Shown: piece after piece, positions 17,257 through 26,354 of the stretch
How positions within the stretch are numbered: position 1 is the first letter of the stretch
Layout of the letters: each line of letters starts with the position of its first letter
Assembly: GCA_902547695.1 (NCBI GenBank)
Contig: CACCOR010000004.1
Coordinates: forward strand, 21,381 to 85,380
Length of the DNA stretch: 64,000 nt
Source: an uncultured SAR86 cluster bacterium
GTDB taxonomy: Bacteria > Pseudomonadota > Gammaproteobacteria > Magnimaribacterales > D2472
Reading direction: 5' to 3'
Notes under the pieces: model-generated
Databases searched by the model: none
What the model saw: the letters and a program-made list of their open reading frames with translations, nothing else
Told to the model about the DNA's origin: nothing
Translations under genes and position numbers: made by a program

Positions 17257-18414
17257 TTATAGCTTATTCTTTCCAGCAGCATGATTAATAAAAAACTTTT
17301 TTAAGAACTGTGTTTTATTTACTCCAAACAGTCCAAAATTTCTAAGTAGCTTTATATACAAATTTTTTGAACCAAAAAGATTTACAAAAAAATCCATAGA
17401 TTTCAGCATAAGTAGATTCATATTTTTTCTTCTAATTTCATATCTTTTAAGCGTTAAAGCTTGATCAATATGCATAGATTTTTCATATGAACTTATTATT
17501 TCTTCACATAAAGCGTCTGCATCTGCAAATCCTAAATTTATACCTTGCCCTGCTAATGGGTGTATGGAATGAGCCGCATCACCAACAAGAACAACATGCC
17601 CTGAAATATAGTTTTCAAAATGATGACTAAAAAGATTAAAGGTTAATGTTGATGAATTAATATCAATTTTTGTTGAGAGCTTTTGTTCAAAATAAGAAAT
17701 GTTGTTTTTAACATAATCTTTAATTTCAATATCACGAAGATTTTCATTATCCACAGACCAAACAATAGTATGTGTGGATTTATTATTATTTTCAGGCAAA
17801 GGCATAATTGCAAAAATTCCTTTATCTGAGAATATTTGATAAGCTAAATAATCATCTTTAATTTCACAACTTGCTGTAAATGTGATCGCTGTTTGATTAT
17901 AGCTAGATTTTTTCTCATTTAATTTTGCTATCTTGGCTACATTTGAATTTCTTCCATCACAGCCTGCAATAAACTTTGTTTTAATTTTTTCTTTATTTGA
18001 TAGTGTTAATTCTGAACAATTGTTTTCATTGTCTTGAAAGATTTCCTCGATTTGATTTTCAAAAAAAACTTTGTGGTCTTCGTAGTCTTGCAGCTTTTCT
18101 TGAAGGTCATTAAAAAAAACTACATAAGAAAGATTTTCTTCATTTATTTCTTTTGAAGAGAAATGAATACTTCCAGATCCATCACCATCAAATACACTTA
18201 TTTCTTTTATTGGAGCGAAAGGAACTTTTATGCCTAAATCATCTAAAAGTTTTTTCGAAAATGAATTAAGAGTTAATGTTCTTATGTTTTCCTTAATGGC
18301 ATCTTTACTTTTTGACCTCTCAATTATTAAAGATTCTATGTTATTTTTACTGAGTCTAGATGAAATATAGTTTCCGATTATTCCGCCACCAGATATTGTA
18401 ACTACCGGATTCAC
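17257..18414 (-). CDS. ubiH: FAD-dependent ubiquinone-biosynthesis hydroxylase (UbiH/UbiF/UbiI family)
   Basis: It has the N-terminal dinucleotide fold 'ISGGGIIGN', 'GCDGRNS' and 'LVGDAAHSIHPLAGQGINLG'. It lies immediately downstream of pepP as ubiH does in E. coli. Confidence 0.8.
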   Translation of the reverse strand: MNPVVTISGGGIIGNYISSRLSKNNIESLIIERSKSKDAIKENIRTLTLNSFSKKLLDDLGIKVPFAPIKEISVFDGDGSGSIHFSSKEINEENLSYVVFFNDLQEKLQDYEDHKVFFENQIEEIFQDNENNCSELTLSNKEKIKTKFIAGCDGRNSNVAKIAKLNEKKSSYNQTAITFTASCEIKDDYLAYQIFSDKGIFAIMPLPENNNKSTHTIVWSVDNENLRDIEIKDYVKNNISYFEQKLSTKIDINSSTLTFNLFSHHFENYISGHVVLVGDAAHSIHPLAGQGINLGFADADALCEEIISSYEKSMHIDQALTLKRYEIRRKNMNLLMLKSMDFFVNLFGSKNLYIKLLRNFGLFGVNKTQFLKKFFINHAAGKNKL

Positions 18415-18418
18415 AGTA

Positions 18419-19714
18419 TTAAGACATTAATGATTCAATCTCAGCAGGATCAGATGGAACTTTCTTAGTTAGGTTTTCGTTTCCATCTTTTGTTACCAAA
18501 ATATCATCCTCTATTCTTATTCCAATACCTTTCCATTTGTCATCTACATCCATTGAACGACTAATATATATGCCAGGTTCGATAGTAGTTATCATGCCTG
18601 GTTTAAACTTCATAAAGTCATCTCCTTCCATATAATCTCCAGCATCATGGACATCAAGGCCTAGCCAGTGACCTATTTTATGCATATAGAAATCCTTAAA
18701 AGCCCCTTTTTTGTGCAATTCTTCAGGATCGCCATGCAATAAACCAAGCTCTACTAAACCGTTTGTAATTATTTTTTCAGAAATTTCTTGAGGCTCCATA
18801 ATATTATTGCCTTCTTTCACCTTATCAATTGCAGCATTCATTGCATCAAGAACTATTTTGTATATCTCAAGTTGTTCCTTTGAAAATTTTCCGCTAATTG
18901 GATAAGTTCTTGTAATATCAGAAGCATACATCTCATATTCACAACCAGCATCAACCAAAAGAAGTTCATTTTTAATAAGTTTCTTATTGTTCTCTATATA
19001 ATGAAGAACACAGGCATTTTCACCACCAGCAACAATTGGAGTATAGGCTAGGAATCTTCCTCCTCTTTTTGAAAATTCGTAAACATACAAGCTTTCAATG
19101 CTTTGTTCAGACTCTGCATTTTTTACATTTTTCATTGCCTCGATATGAGCTTGTGCTGAAATATCACAGGCTTTCTTAATAAGACTAATTTCATGATCAT
19201 CTTTTATTAATCGAGCATTCCCTATTGTGGACGACGCATCCAAAATATTAATAGATTTGCTGTGTCTATCTTTAGAGCTTGCTTCAGTAGTCCAATCTAT
19301 TACTTTTTGATCAAAGCCATTTTTTTTGCCAATAGGATATAAAACTTGATCACATCCAAAAAGAATTTCAGGCATCATATTATCTATTTCAGAATTATCG
19401 TATGCCTTATCAAATAAAAATTCTTTTACAGCTCCAATTGGGCCTGCCCTATGGCCATCCCAAATTTCTTTTAACTTATCTTTAGGAGGTACAAAAATTA
19501 TAGAATTTATTCCATCATCATTATTAATTATAGCCATCAAAGAATCGGGTTCACAAAATCCGGATAAATAATAAAAATTACTATCCTGTCTGAACGCATA
19601 TGCTGAATCAGCATTTCTAAACTGAGTATTAGCACCTGGAATCAATAAAACGGAATTTTTTGGCAGTTTTTCTGATAGATTGATTCTTCTGCTTTTGTAA
19701 ATTGCATTATCCAT
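18419..19714 (-). CDS. pepP: Xaa-Pro aminopeptidase
   Basis: The M24B motifs are 'VDAGCEY..YASDITRT', 'GHWLGLDVHD', 'EPGIY' and 'IRIEDD'. Confidence 0.9.
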   Translation of the reverse strand: MDNAIYKSRRINLSEKLPKNSVLLIPGANTQFRNADSAYAFRQDSNFYYLSGFCEPDSLMAIINNDDGINSIIFVPPKDKLKEIWDGHRAGPIGAVKEFLFDKAYDNSEIDNMMPEILFGCDQVLYPIGKKNGFDQKVIDWTTEASSKDRHSKSINILDASSTIGNARLIKDDHEISLIKKACDISAQAHIEAMKNVKNAESEQSIESLYVYEFSKRGGRFLAYTPIVAGGENACVLHYIENNKKLIKNELLLVDAGCEYEMYASDITRTYPISGKFSKEQLEIYKIVLDAMNAAIDKVKEGNNIMEPQEISEKIITNGLVELGLLHGDPEELHKKGAFKDFYMHKIGHWLGLDVHDAGDYMEGDDFMKFKPGMITTIEPGIYISRSMDVDDKWKGIGIRIEDDILVTKDGNENLTKKVPSDPAEIESLMS

Positions 19715-19776
19715 GTGTGTATTTTACTTATTTAAAGTAACTTTCCAATTCATTAAAGTAGAATTAAACTATAAAA

Positions 19777-19971
19777 ATGCCTAAAAACAATGAGTTAAGT
19801 TCAAAAGATTTAGAAAAGAGGATTGATCTTTTAATTAAAAGGTTTGAAGAGCAAAAAGGAATTATTGATTCATACGTAAAAAGAGAAAGGGAATGGAAAA
19901 AAGATAAAGTTCTTCACAGAAAAGAAATATCTCGTTTGGAAAGAGATTTAAAGAAGGCCACAAATGAGTAA
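19777..19971 (+). CDS. Small coiled-coil protein upstream of zapA
   Basis: 64 aa with heptad-like charged sequence. It overlaps the zapA start by 8 nt. Many gammaproteobacteria carry a similar short coiled-coil gene at this locus. Confidence 0.5.
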   Translation: MPKNNELSSKDLEKRIDLLIKRFEEQKGIIDSYVKREREWKKDKVLHRKEISRLERDLKKATNE

Positions 19972-20230
19972 AGTTGAAACCGTAGCTCTCAGAATATTTG
20001 GAAGAGATTTAACCATCGCATGTCCACCTAAAGAAAAAGATAATTTAATAAAAGCGGCCGCCTTATTAAATGAGGAGTTAGATAATATAAGTGATAAAAA
20101 TAATGCTCTGATAATTGCAGGATTAACTCTTTCTAATAAGCTCCTAAATGATGATTCTAAATCTACTAAAAAAGAAAGTGTTGATTACTCTAAACTTATT
20201 AAAAAAATAGAGAAAGTACTTCAAAAATAA
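19964..20230 (+). CDS. zapA: Cell division protein ZapA
   Basis: 88 aa. 'LRIFGRDLTIACPPKEKDNLIKAAALLNEEL' fits the ZapA pattern, and the gene lies immediately upstream of 6S RNA as in E. coli. Confidence 0.8.
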   Translation: MSKVETVALRIFGRDLTIACPPKEKDNLIKAAALLNEELDNISDKNNALIIAGLTLSNKLLNDDSKSTKKESVDYSKLIKKIEKVLQK

Positions 20231-20264
20231 TCTTTAACTTAAATCCTATCTAAATTATACTTCT

Positions 20265-20440
20265 ATAACATTCTGGTTCATTAGCCAATGTGTTAATAAA
20301 TTTGAACCGATACTATTAAATAGGTGATTTTCCACTGTCATTGTTGAGCATTACCATTAAGGGAAGCCTGATTTGACAAGATGTTCACCACCTGAACTTT
20401 CGGTTCAGGTATAGCACATAGCGGTGATCTGGTTTGCTAG
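20265..20440 (+). ncRNA. ssrS: 6S RNA
   Basis: It occupies the canonical zapA-ssrS-ygfA slot. Segments match remembered E. coli 6S RNA: GAACCGATAC (cf. GAGCCGAUAU), TTGAGCAT...GGGAAGCCTG (cf. GUGAGCAUG...GAGAAGCCUU), and TTCACCA followed by hairpin CCTGAAC-TTTCG-GTTCAGG at 20391-20409 (cf. CCUUGAACC-AAG-GGUUCAAGG). A closing stem is possible between 20269-20280 and 20425-20436. The ends are approximate (+/-10 nt). Confidence 0.8.
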
Positions 20441-20454
20441 CCTCTGCAATTATT

Positions 20455-21024
20455 ATGGTGAAAAATAAAATCAGAAAATCACTACTTAAGCAGGGGCAAC
20501 TTTTTTGTCAGGATGATATCGAAGAGTTAAATTCTCAGATTCAAAAAAATGCATTAAAAGAAATAGATATCAAATCTTCTAAAAATACCCTTCTCTATTT
20601 TCAATATAAAAACGAAATACCTACAAATCTAATAATCGATGAGTTATTAAAATACTCCAATAATATATACATGCCTCGAATAGTTTCTGAAAATGAATTG
20701 AAGTTCAATTTATTCAAAGAGGGTGAGACCTTAAAAAAAAATAAATATGGCATAGATGAACTAATGAATGAAGACTATATTAATCCTAAAGTTCTTAACA
20801 CTATGTTCATACCTTTTGTTGGAATAGATAAGAATGGACATAGGCTAGGATATGGAGGTGGTTTTTTTGATAAAACACTTGAAAAATTAAAGTCTCAAAA
20901 ATGCAGACCTCTTTTTGTTGGACTGGGATATGATTATCAAGTCTTAGAAGAACGTTTTGGCGAGAGTCATGATATTAAATATGACCTAGTTATTACAGAA
21001 TCACGTGTACTTTCATATGACTGA
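20455..21024 (+). CDS. ygfA: 5-formyltetrahydrofolate cyclo-ligase
   Basis: It has 'MPRI' and 'GHRLGYGGGFFDK'. I start it at ATG 20455, because the TTG at 20434 in the ORF track would lie inside the 6S RNA 3' arm. Confidence 0.85.
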   Translation: MVKNKIRKSLLKQGQLFCQDDIEELNSQIQKNALKEIDIKSSKNTLLYFQYKNEIPTNLIIDELLKYSNNIYMPRIVSENELKFNLFKEGETLKKNKYGIDELMNEDYINPKVLNTMFIPFVGIDKNGHRLGYGGGFFDKTLEKLKSQKCRPLFVGLGYDYQVLEERFGESHDIKYDLVITESRVLSYD

Positions 21025-21046
21025 GCTATAAAATGTTCGCCGAAAC

Positions 21047-23329
21047 ATGAGAACAATCGCTAAATATATTCTAATTTTCTGGATTCCACTTATATCTGGT
21101 AAGACAATTATTCTTGACGGGAATTTAGATGAACCAGAGTGGGAAAGTGCATTCGTAATAGATGAGTATTATGAGGTTGTCCCTTTTACTCTTAATCCAG
21201 CAAAAGTAAAAACAACTGCAAAGATATTTTCAAATGAAGAAGGAATATATGTCGGCTTTATTAATTATCAAAAAAATTCTTCAATGATTTCAAATAAATC
21301 TTTACGAGATGAATGGAATGCGAATGCTGAACAAAACGGTGTTGGTATTGATTTTGACAGTGATGGTGCAAAAGCTTATATGTTCATTGTTACCCTAGCA
21401 AATATTCAAAGAGATGGCATTAGACCTTTGGGTGGTTTTCCCGAATTTGACTGGGATGGGGATTGGGAAGCACAAACAAAAAAACATGATGGTTTCTGGG
21501 TCTCAGAATTTTTAATACCTTGGAATGTTGTTCTTATGAAGCCTGAGACAAATAATAAAAGAAAAATTAATGTTACAACTTATAGGTATCTAGCAAAAGA
21601 AAAGTTATGGCTAAATGATACAAAGACAAGTGGGTTTAGAACAAATTTTCTTTCAAATCTAAGAACAATAGAGGTGAATAATTTTTCTAAAAGAAAGATC
21701 AATTTTTTTCCATTTATTGCAAAAACTCATAACTCAGTCACAAGTTTTAATGAAGATAAGATTGGAGCAGAAATATTTTTAAATACTGGCACAGGGAAAC
21801 AAATTAATCTTACAATCAATCCAGACTTTGGTCAGGCAGAGAGTGACGAAGTTATTGTTAATTTTTCTGCACAAGAAACTTTCTATTCTGAAAAACGCGC
21901 TTTTTTTAATGAAAATCAATCTTTGTTTGATTTAAATCATTACGATAGATATAGAATTATTAATACTAGAAGAATTGGTGCAAGAAGTAGCTATTTGTGT
22001 TCATCATCATTAAATGAAGATGACTGCATTGATTCAAGAAAAAATTACACCGATATTGACTACGCTCTTAGATATACTCAAAAAAATAATAATACAGATT
22101 TTGGAGTTTTTGTTGCTAAAGAGTCGGATGAAAGATATACAAAAGGAAAAGATTTTTACGCTATAAGATCAAAAAAGAAAATTGATAACAGAACAATTGG
22201 TTACTTTTTAACACATGTTGAAAATAATTTTCTAAATGAAAGTGCTACAGTTAATGTAATAGATTTTGCGAATGTAAAATCTAACAAGCTAACTACTTAT
22301 AACGATTTAATTACATCTGAAAGAGAGGGTGAGTCTGGATTTGGCTTTAGATCACAATTTAATTATAAGCCAACACAGTTATCAAGTAGATCAGGTAGTC
22401 TCCTCTATTTTGATGATAGTCTAATGTTAAACGATTTTGGTTATCTTAGAAAAAATGATTGGTTTCACATAGGTCTAGGATCTAATATCACATTAATCGA
22501 CTTTAAAAAGCGCAAAGAAATTAAGGAGCTGGAACTAGGAATAGATTTTAATTACGACTCAGACACTTCAGGAAATTCAAATCCATTTACTATTGGGCAA
22601 AAAAATGAATTTACTTTCCTAAATGCCTCAAAATTTCAGTTTACATGGGATTTAAAAACTTCTGGAAAAGATACAACTATTACAAGAAAGAATATTGATT
22701 TTCCTTATGTAAAAAATACTGGAAGTTTCAGCTTTAACTTAGATTATGAATCACCGAGTTTTGGAATCTGGGAGTATGATTGGAGGATCGGATATGAGGA
22801 TGCCGATAAATATGAGTCATTTGATTCCAATGGATATAAAAGAAGGTATGCAAAGATAGGTGGATCTTTTTATCCAGTGGATGATTTTAAAGTAGGATTT
22901 TCAACGAGAATAAGAAACGAGAAAGAGTGGTTAAATTGGATAGAAAACAATGATCTTGCTGTTTATGATTTATCTCAAAAAATTATTTCTATTAATATGA
23001 ATTGGTATAGGGGTTCAAAGCATGAGATAAGACTAAAGAGTCAATTTGTAGCGTTACAAGCAAAAAATCCAAGAAGTTTAATTGTTGATCAGAATGGTTA
23101 CCTTAAAAATAATAATAAAGAAGTAAGTCCATTTTCTGAAGGAATTACATCATTCCAAGTAAGATATAAGTATGAGATTGCTCCTCTATCCTACATATAT
23201 CTGGTATATACAAAAGGAGGAAGTGTCTTTGAAGATAATATAACTAGAGAGACTTCTAAAATCTTTAAAGATCCTTGGAAAGATCCAGACAATGAAATAT
23301 TTTCTATTAAATTTAGGCTTAAATATTAA
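21047..23329 (+). CDS. Large secreted/outer-membrane protein, CBM9-like N-terminus plus DUF5916-like beta-rich body
   Basis: It has a signal peptide, 'LDGNLDEPEWESA' (carbohydrate-binding-family-9-like), a long alternating beta-strand-type sequence and a terminal aromatic 'FRLKY'. The family assignment is from memory only. Confidence 0.5.
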   Translation: MRTIAKYILIFWIPLISGKTIILDGNLDEPEWESAFVIDEYYEVVPFTLNPAKVKTTAKIFSNEEGIYVGFINYQKNSSMISNKSLRDEWNANAEQNGVGIDFDSDGAKAYMFIVTLANIQRDGIRPLGGFPEFDWDGDWEAQTKKHDGFWVSEFLIPWNVVLMKPETNNKRKINVTTYRYLAKEKLWLNDTKTSGFRTNFLSNLRTIEVNNFSKRKINFFPFIAKTHNSVTSFNEDKIGAEIFLNTGTGKQINLTINPDFGQAESDEVIVNFSAQETFYSEKRAFFNENQSLFDLNHYDRYRIINTRRIGARSSYLCSSSLNEDDCIDSRKNYTDIDYALRYTQKNNNTDFGVFVAKESDERYTKGKDFYAIRSKKKIDNRTIGYFLTHVENNFLNESATVNVIDFANVKSNKLTTYNDLITSEREGESGFGFRSQFNYKPTQLSSRSGSLLYFDDSLMLNDFGYLRKNDWFHIGLGSNITLIDFKKRKEIKELELGIDFNYDSDTSGNSNPFTIGQKNEFTFLNASKFQFTWDLKTSGKDTTITRKNIDFPYVKNTGSFSFNLDYESPSFGIWEYDWRIGYEDADKYESFDSNGYKRRYAKIGGSFYPVDDFKVGFSTRIRNEKEWLNWIENNDLAVYDLSQKIISINMNWYRGSKHEIRLKSQFVALQAKNPRSLIVDQNGYLKNNNKEVSPFSEGITSFQVRYKYEIAPLSYIYLVYTKGGSVFEDNITRETSKIFKDPWKDPDNEIFSIKFRLKY

Positions 23330-23331
23330 AC

Positions 23332-24882
23332 TTACTTCAAGAAATCTAAATAAGCCTTATTGTTGCTCTCTTCTTTAAAGGCTGTTCCACATTTATGTAA
23401 ATGTTTTAAAAGTGCAGACTTATTTTTGTGTGTATCTTCAATTCCTATTAGGATATTTCCATACGCAGATCCAATATTTCTATAGTGGAATAGTGAAATA
23501 TTCCACTGATTTCCAAAACTTTCTAAGAACTCTAATAATGCTCCTGGCTTTTCTGGAAATTCTCCATTAAAAATTCTTTCATTTTTTTCAGATATATTTG
23601 ATTGGCCTCCTCTGCCGCCAACCATATGTCTTAAATGATCATTTGAAATTTCATTAGAGGTGTAATCACTAAATTTATATTTAAGTTTTTTTAGTTTTGC
23701 CTTCAACTTCTCAAAGCTATTTTCAGATTGAGTTCTTATTCCTACTAATACATATGCATCTTTATTATCTGACTTTCTATAATTAAATTCGGTGACTGGT
23801 AATTTGCCAATAGCCTTTGCAAGCTTTAAAAAACTTCCAGGTTCCTCTGGAATTTTAATGCTGAGAATTTTTTCGCGGTTTTCTCCAATTTCAGATCTTT
23901 CAACAATAAATCCAAGTTTCTGAAAATTAACATTTGCACCTGAGCTCACTGCAAGTAAATTCTTATTCTTCATTCTTTTTGAGTAACTCTTAAGGCCTGC
24001 TAAAGCAACAGCTCCTGATGGCTCAGACAATACTCTAGTATCTTCAAAAATATCTTTTACAGCAGCGCAGACTTCATCGATATTAACAGTCATTACTTCA
24101 TCAACGCATTCTTTAATAACATCAAGGTTGTTTTTTCCTACTTGGGAAACAGCAACTCCGTCTGCAAATAATCCAACTTTTTTTAGATAAACTCTTTTAT
24201 TTTGAATTAATGCTTCTGTAAGACAAGCCGAATCATTTACTTCAACACCAATTATCTTAATTTTCTTTTTATTTTGTCTTATCCAAGCTGATATACCAGC
24301 CAAAAGGCCTCCTCCGCCAACTGGTACGAAGACAGCATCGTAGTCAATTTCATCCTCAAGTATTTCCCGTCCTACTGTTCCTTGCCCTGCTATGGTAAAT
24401 GGATCATCAAAAGGATGTACAAAAGTATATTTATGTTTTTTATTAATCTTATCTGCATGAGCGAGAGCATCTCCTAAATTTTCGCCATGCAAAATTATTT
24501 TTGCTCCAAGCCTTTTTACTGCATTTAATTTGTTTTCTGGTGCGGTTACCGGCATCACGATAGTACATTTTATTTTTAACTTCCTGCAAGCTAAGGCTAC
24601 ACCTTGGGCATGATTTCCTGCTGATGCTGCTATTATTCCACGAGATTTTTTATCTTCAGATAAATTAACAATTTTATTAAAGGCTCCTCTATTCTTAAAA
24701 GAAAAAATTGGCTGAAGATCTTCTCGTTTTAAATAAATTTCATTCCCCTCTTTCATAGAAAGATTTGGGGCATAGGTGGTAGGTGAATTTATTGAAACAT
24801 CATATACAGATGCTTCATTAATCATTTTAAGATACTTTTTAGAGTTCCTATAATTACCTGTTTTTTTTATTTTAAGTCTCAA
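23332..24882 (-). CDS. ilvA: Threonine ammonia-lyase, biosynthetic
   Basis: It has the PLP-Lys motif 'FSFKNRGAF', 'VGGGGLLAG' and two C-terminal ACT-like regulatory repeats. At 516 aa it matches E. coli IlvA in length. Confidence 0.95.
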   Translation of the reverse strand: MRLKIKKTGNYRNSKKYLKMINEASVYDVSINSPTTYAPNLSMKEGNEIYLKREDLQPIFSFKNRGAFNKIVNLSEDKKSRGIIAASAGNHAQGVALACRKLKIKCTIVMPVTAPENKLNAVKRLGAKIILHGENLGDALAHADKINKKHKYTFVHPFDDPFTIAGQGTVGREILEDEIDYDAVFVPVGGGGLLAGISAWIRQNKKKIKIIGVEVNDSACLTEALIQNKRVYLKKVGLFADGVAVSQVGKNNLDVIKECVDEVMTVNIDEVCAAVKDIFEDTRVLSEPSGAVALAGLKSYSKRMKNKNLLAVSSGANVNFQKLGFIVERSEIGENREKILSIKIPEEPGSFLKLAKAIGKLPVTEFNYRKSDNKDAYVLVGIRTQSENSFEKLKAKLKKLKYKFSDYTSNEISNDHLRHMVGGRGGQSNISEKNERIFNGEFPEKPGALLEFLESFGNQWNISLFHYRNIGSAYGNILIGIEDTHKNKSALLKHLHKCGTAFKEESNNKAYLDFLK

Positions 24883-24921
24883 TTTAAATCACGTATTAAA
24901 ATTTTCTTGTATTATAACTGT

Positions 24922-25560
24922 ATGAGCGCTGCAAAGATAAGTGTTGCAAAAAAAGCAATTGATTATATTGAAAAAAAACTATCGATAGAGACTGTTCTGG
25001 GCATTGGTACTGGTTCAACAGTGAATTACTTTATTAATGAATTAGATGCATATAAAAATCTTTTTCGAGGAGCAGTATCAAGTTCGGAAGCATCTTCACA
25101 ACTTCTAAGAGAAAAGAATATTGAGGTCTTTAGTTTAAATGATGTTAATCAAATAGATTTTTACATTGATGGAGCAGACGAGGTGTCACCAAATAACTTT
25201 CTAATCAAAGGTGGCGGTGGAGCGCATACAAGAGAAAAGATAGTAGCAGCAGCAGCACAAGAATTTATATGCATTGTTGATAAAACAAAGATGGTTGATA
25301 AACTTGGGGCCTTCCCTCTTCCAGTCGAAGTAATTCCAGAAGCAAGAAGTTCTGTTGCAAGAAAAATTGTAGCTTTGGGTGGTAAACCAATTTATAGAGA
25401 AAATTTTATTACTGATCAAGGAAATCATATTATTGACGTAGAAGAAATAGATATCAGTGAACCTGAAGCCTTAGAGGTTTTATTAAATAATATTCCGGGT
25501 GTTGTTGATAACGGAATCTTTGCGTTTAATAAACCTGAGGTTGTGTTGGTATCTGACTAG
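24922..25560 (+). CDS. rpiA: Ribose-5-phosphate isomerase A
   Basis: It has 'GIGTGSTVNYFI', 'DGADEV' and 'KGGGGAHTREKIV'. I prefer ATG 24922 to the upstream TTG at 24907. Confidence 0.9.
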   Translation: MSAAKISVAKKAIDYIEKKLSIETVLGIGTGSTVNYFINELDAYKNLFRGAVSSSEASSQLLREKNIEVFSLNDVNQIDFYIDGADEVSPNNFLIKGGGGAHTREKIVAAAAQEFICIVDKTKMVDKLGAFPLPVEVIPEARSSVARKIVALGGKPIYRENFITDQGNHIIDVEEIDISEPEALEVLLNNIPGVVDNGIFAFNKPEVVLVSD

Positions 25561-25563
25561 AGA

Positions 25564-26088
25564 CTATAAAAGTTTTTCTATTTGAGATAGTAATTCTGGC
25601 GAATCAGGTTTTACCCTTGATCCAAATGTGGATACGACTTTACCGTCTCTAGAAATTAAATACTTATTGAAATTCCATGAAGGTGAGACACCACTCTGGG
25701 CTATCAATTTTTTGTATAAAGGATTAGCTTTGCTACCTCTTACTTTTGAAGTTGCAAACATTGGGAAATCTACCCCATATTCAGTGGAGCAAAACTCAGC
25801 AACATCTGCTTCATCTGAATACTCTTGCATGAAGTCTCTCGATGGAACTCCGAGAACAACAAATCCTTCGTTTTTGTAATCTTCATAAAGTTTTTGAAGA
25901 GAAGAATATTGATAGGTGTATCCGCATCTACTCGCAACATTTACAACTAAAACAACTTGATCTGTATATTCACATAAGTTGACACTTTCACTTGAATCCA
26001 AAACTCTCATTTCGGTATCAAGCAAATCTGAACATGCTTCAGAATAGAAAGAAAATAATAAAATAAAAAGAGGTGCGATCTTTTTCAT
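25564..26088 (-). CDS. Glutathione peroxidase-family peroxidase (secreted)
   Basis: It has a signal peptide, the catalytic 'NVASRCGYT' segment, 'LGVPSRDF' and 'WNFNKYLI'. Confidence 0.9.
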   Translation of the reverse strand: MKKIAPLFILLFSFYSEACSDLLDTEMRVLDSSESVNLCEYTDQVVLVVNVASRCGYTYQYSSLQKLYEDYKNEGFVVLGVPSRDFMQEYSDEADVAEFCSTEYGVDFPMFATSKVRGSKANPLYKKLIAQSGVSPSWNFNKYLISRDGKVVSTFGSRVKPDSPELLSQIEKLL

Positions 26089-26136
26089 GTGTATATTCTA
26101 ACCTAAGTAATAGGAGTTATTGCAGAAAGAGAGGAA

Positions 26137-26235
26137 ATGAAAATAGTTACTAAAAAAATAATTTCTATGTTATCCCTAATTTTATTCATAAATTTACAAC
26201 CTTTTAAAGAGATGGAGGGACTGAGCCCTCCATGA
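26137..26235 (+). CDS. Speculative 32-codon sORF (MKIVTKKIISMLSLILFINLQPFKEMEGLSPP)
   Basis: The ATG is preceded by AGAGAGGAA, though the spacing is very short. The peptide has a hydrophobic core. The stop overlaps the 3' arm of a perfect hairpin. It has no homology support and could equally be non-coding. Confidence 0.2.
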   Translation: MKIVTKKIISMLSLILFINLQPFKEMEGLSPP

Positions 26236-26281
26236 TTCCAGAGTGTCAGCAAAATATAATAGGGGAGAGGAGTGCTGACAC
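26212..26281. other. Pair of G+C-rich perfect hairpins in a divergent intergenic region (candidate structured RNA)
   Basis: Stem 1 is ATGGAGGG/CCCTCCAT (26212-19/26226-33). Stem 2 is GTGTCAGCA/TGCTGACAC (26243-51/26273-81) with a 21-nt purine-rich loop. The inverted repeats are certain; their function and strand are unknown. Confidence 0.4.
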
Positions 26282-26346
26282 ATATTATTATATGTATTTA
26301 TAATCAATTATCAATAGTATTTATAAAATAAATCATGTTTTTTTTA

Positions 26347-26354
26347 TGTATAAT
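26347..26354 (+). promoter_or_regulatory. Candidate extended -10 element (TGTATAAT) for the fadB-like gene
   Basis: TGnTATAAT lies 30 nt upstream of the TTG start, and GGAG at 26373 is well spaced as a Shine-Dalgarno. TATAAT-like strings are frequent in AT-rich DNA, so this is weak evidence. Confidence 0.3.

Noticed and set aside
16212-17282. Long N-terminal extensions in the ORF track. Cases: 17282 for the Fe-SBP, 7858 for the alpha/beta hydrolase, 20434 for ygfA, 24907 for rpiA, 35052 for rsgA, 36677 for ubiJ, 39075 for tatC and 51978 for the HAD hydrolase.
   Set aside because: In each case an internal ATG gives a protein that begins where homologues begin (signal peptide, DxD motif, OB fold and so on). 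It also removes overlap with a neighbouring gene or with the 6S RNA. The extensions come from taking the longest ORF.
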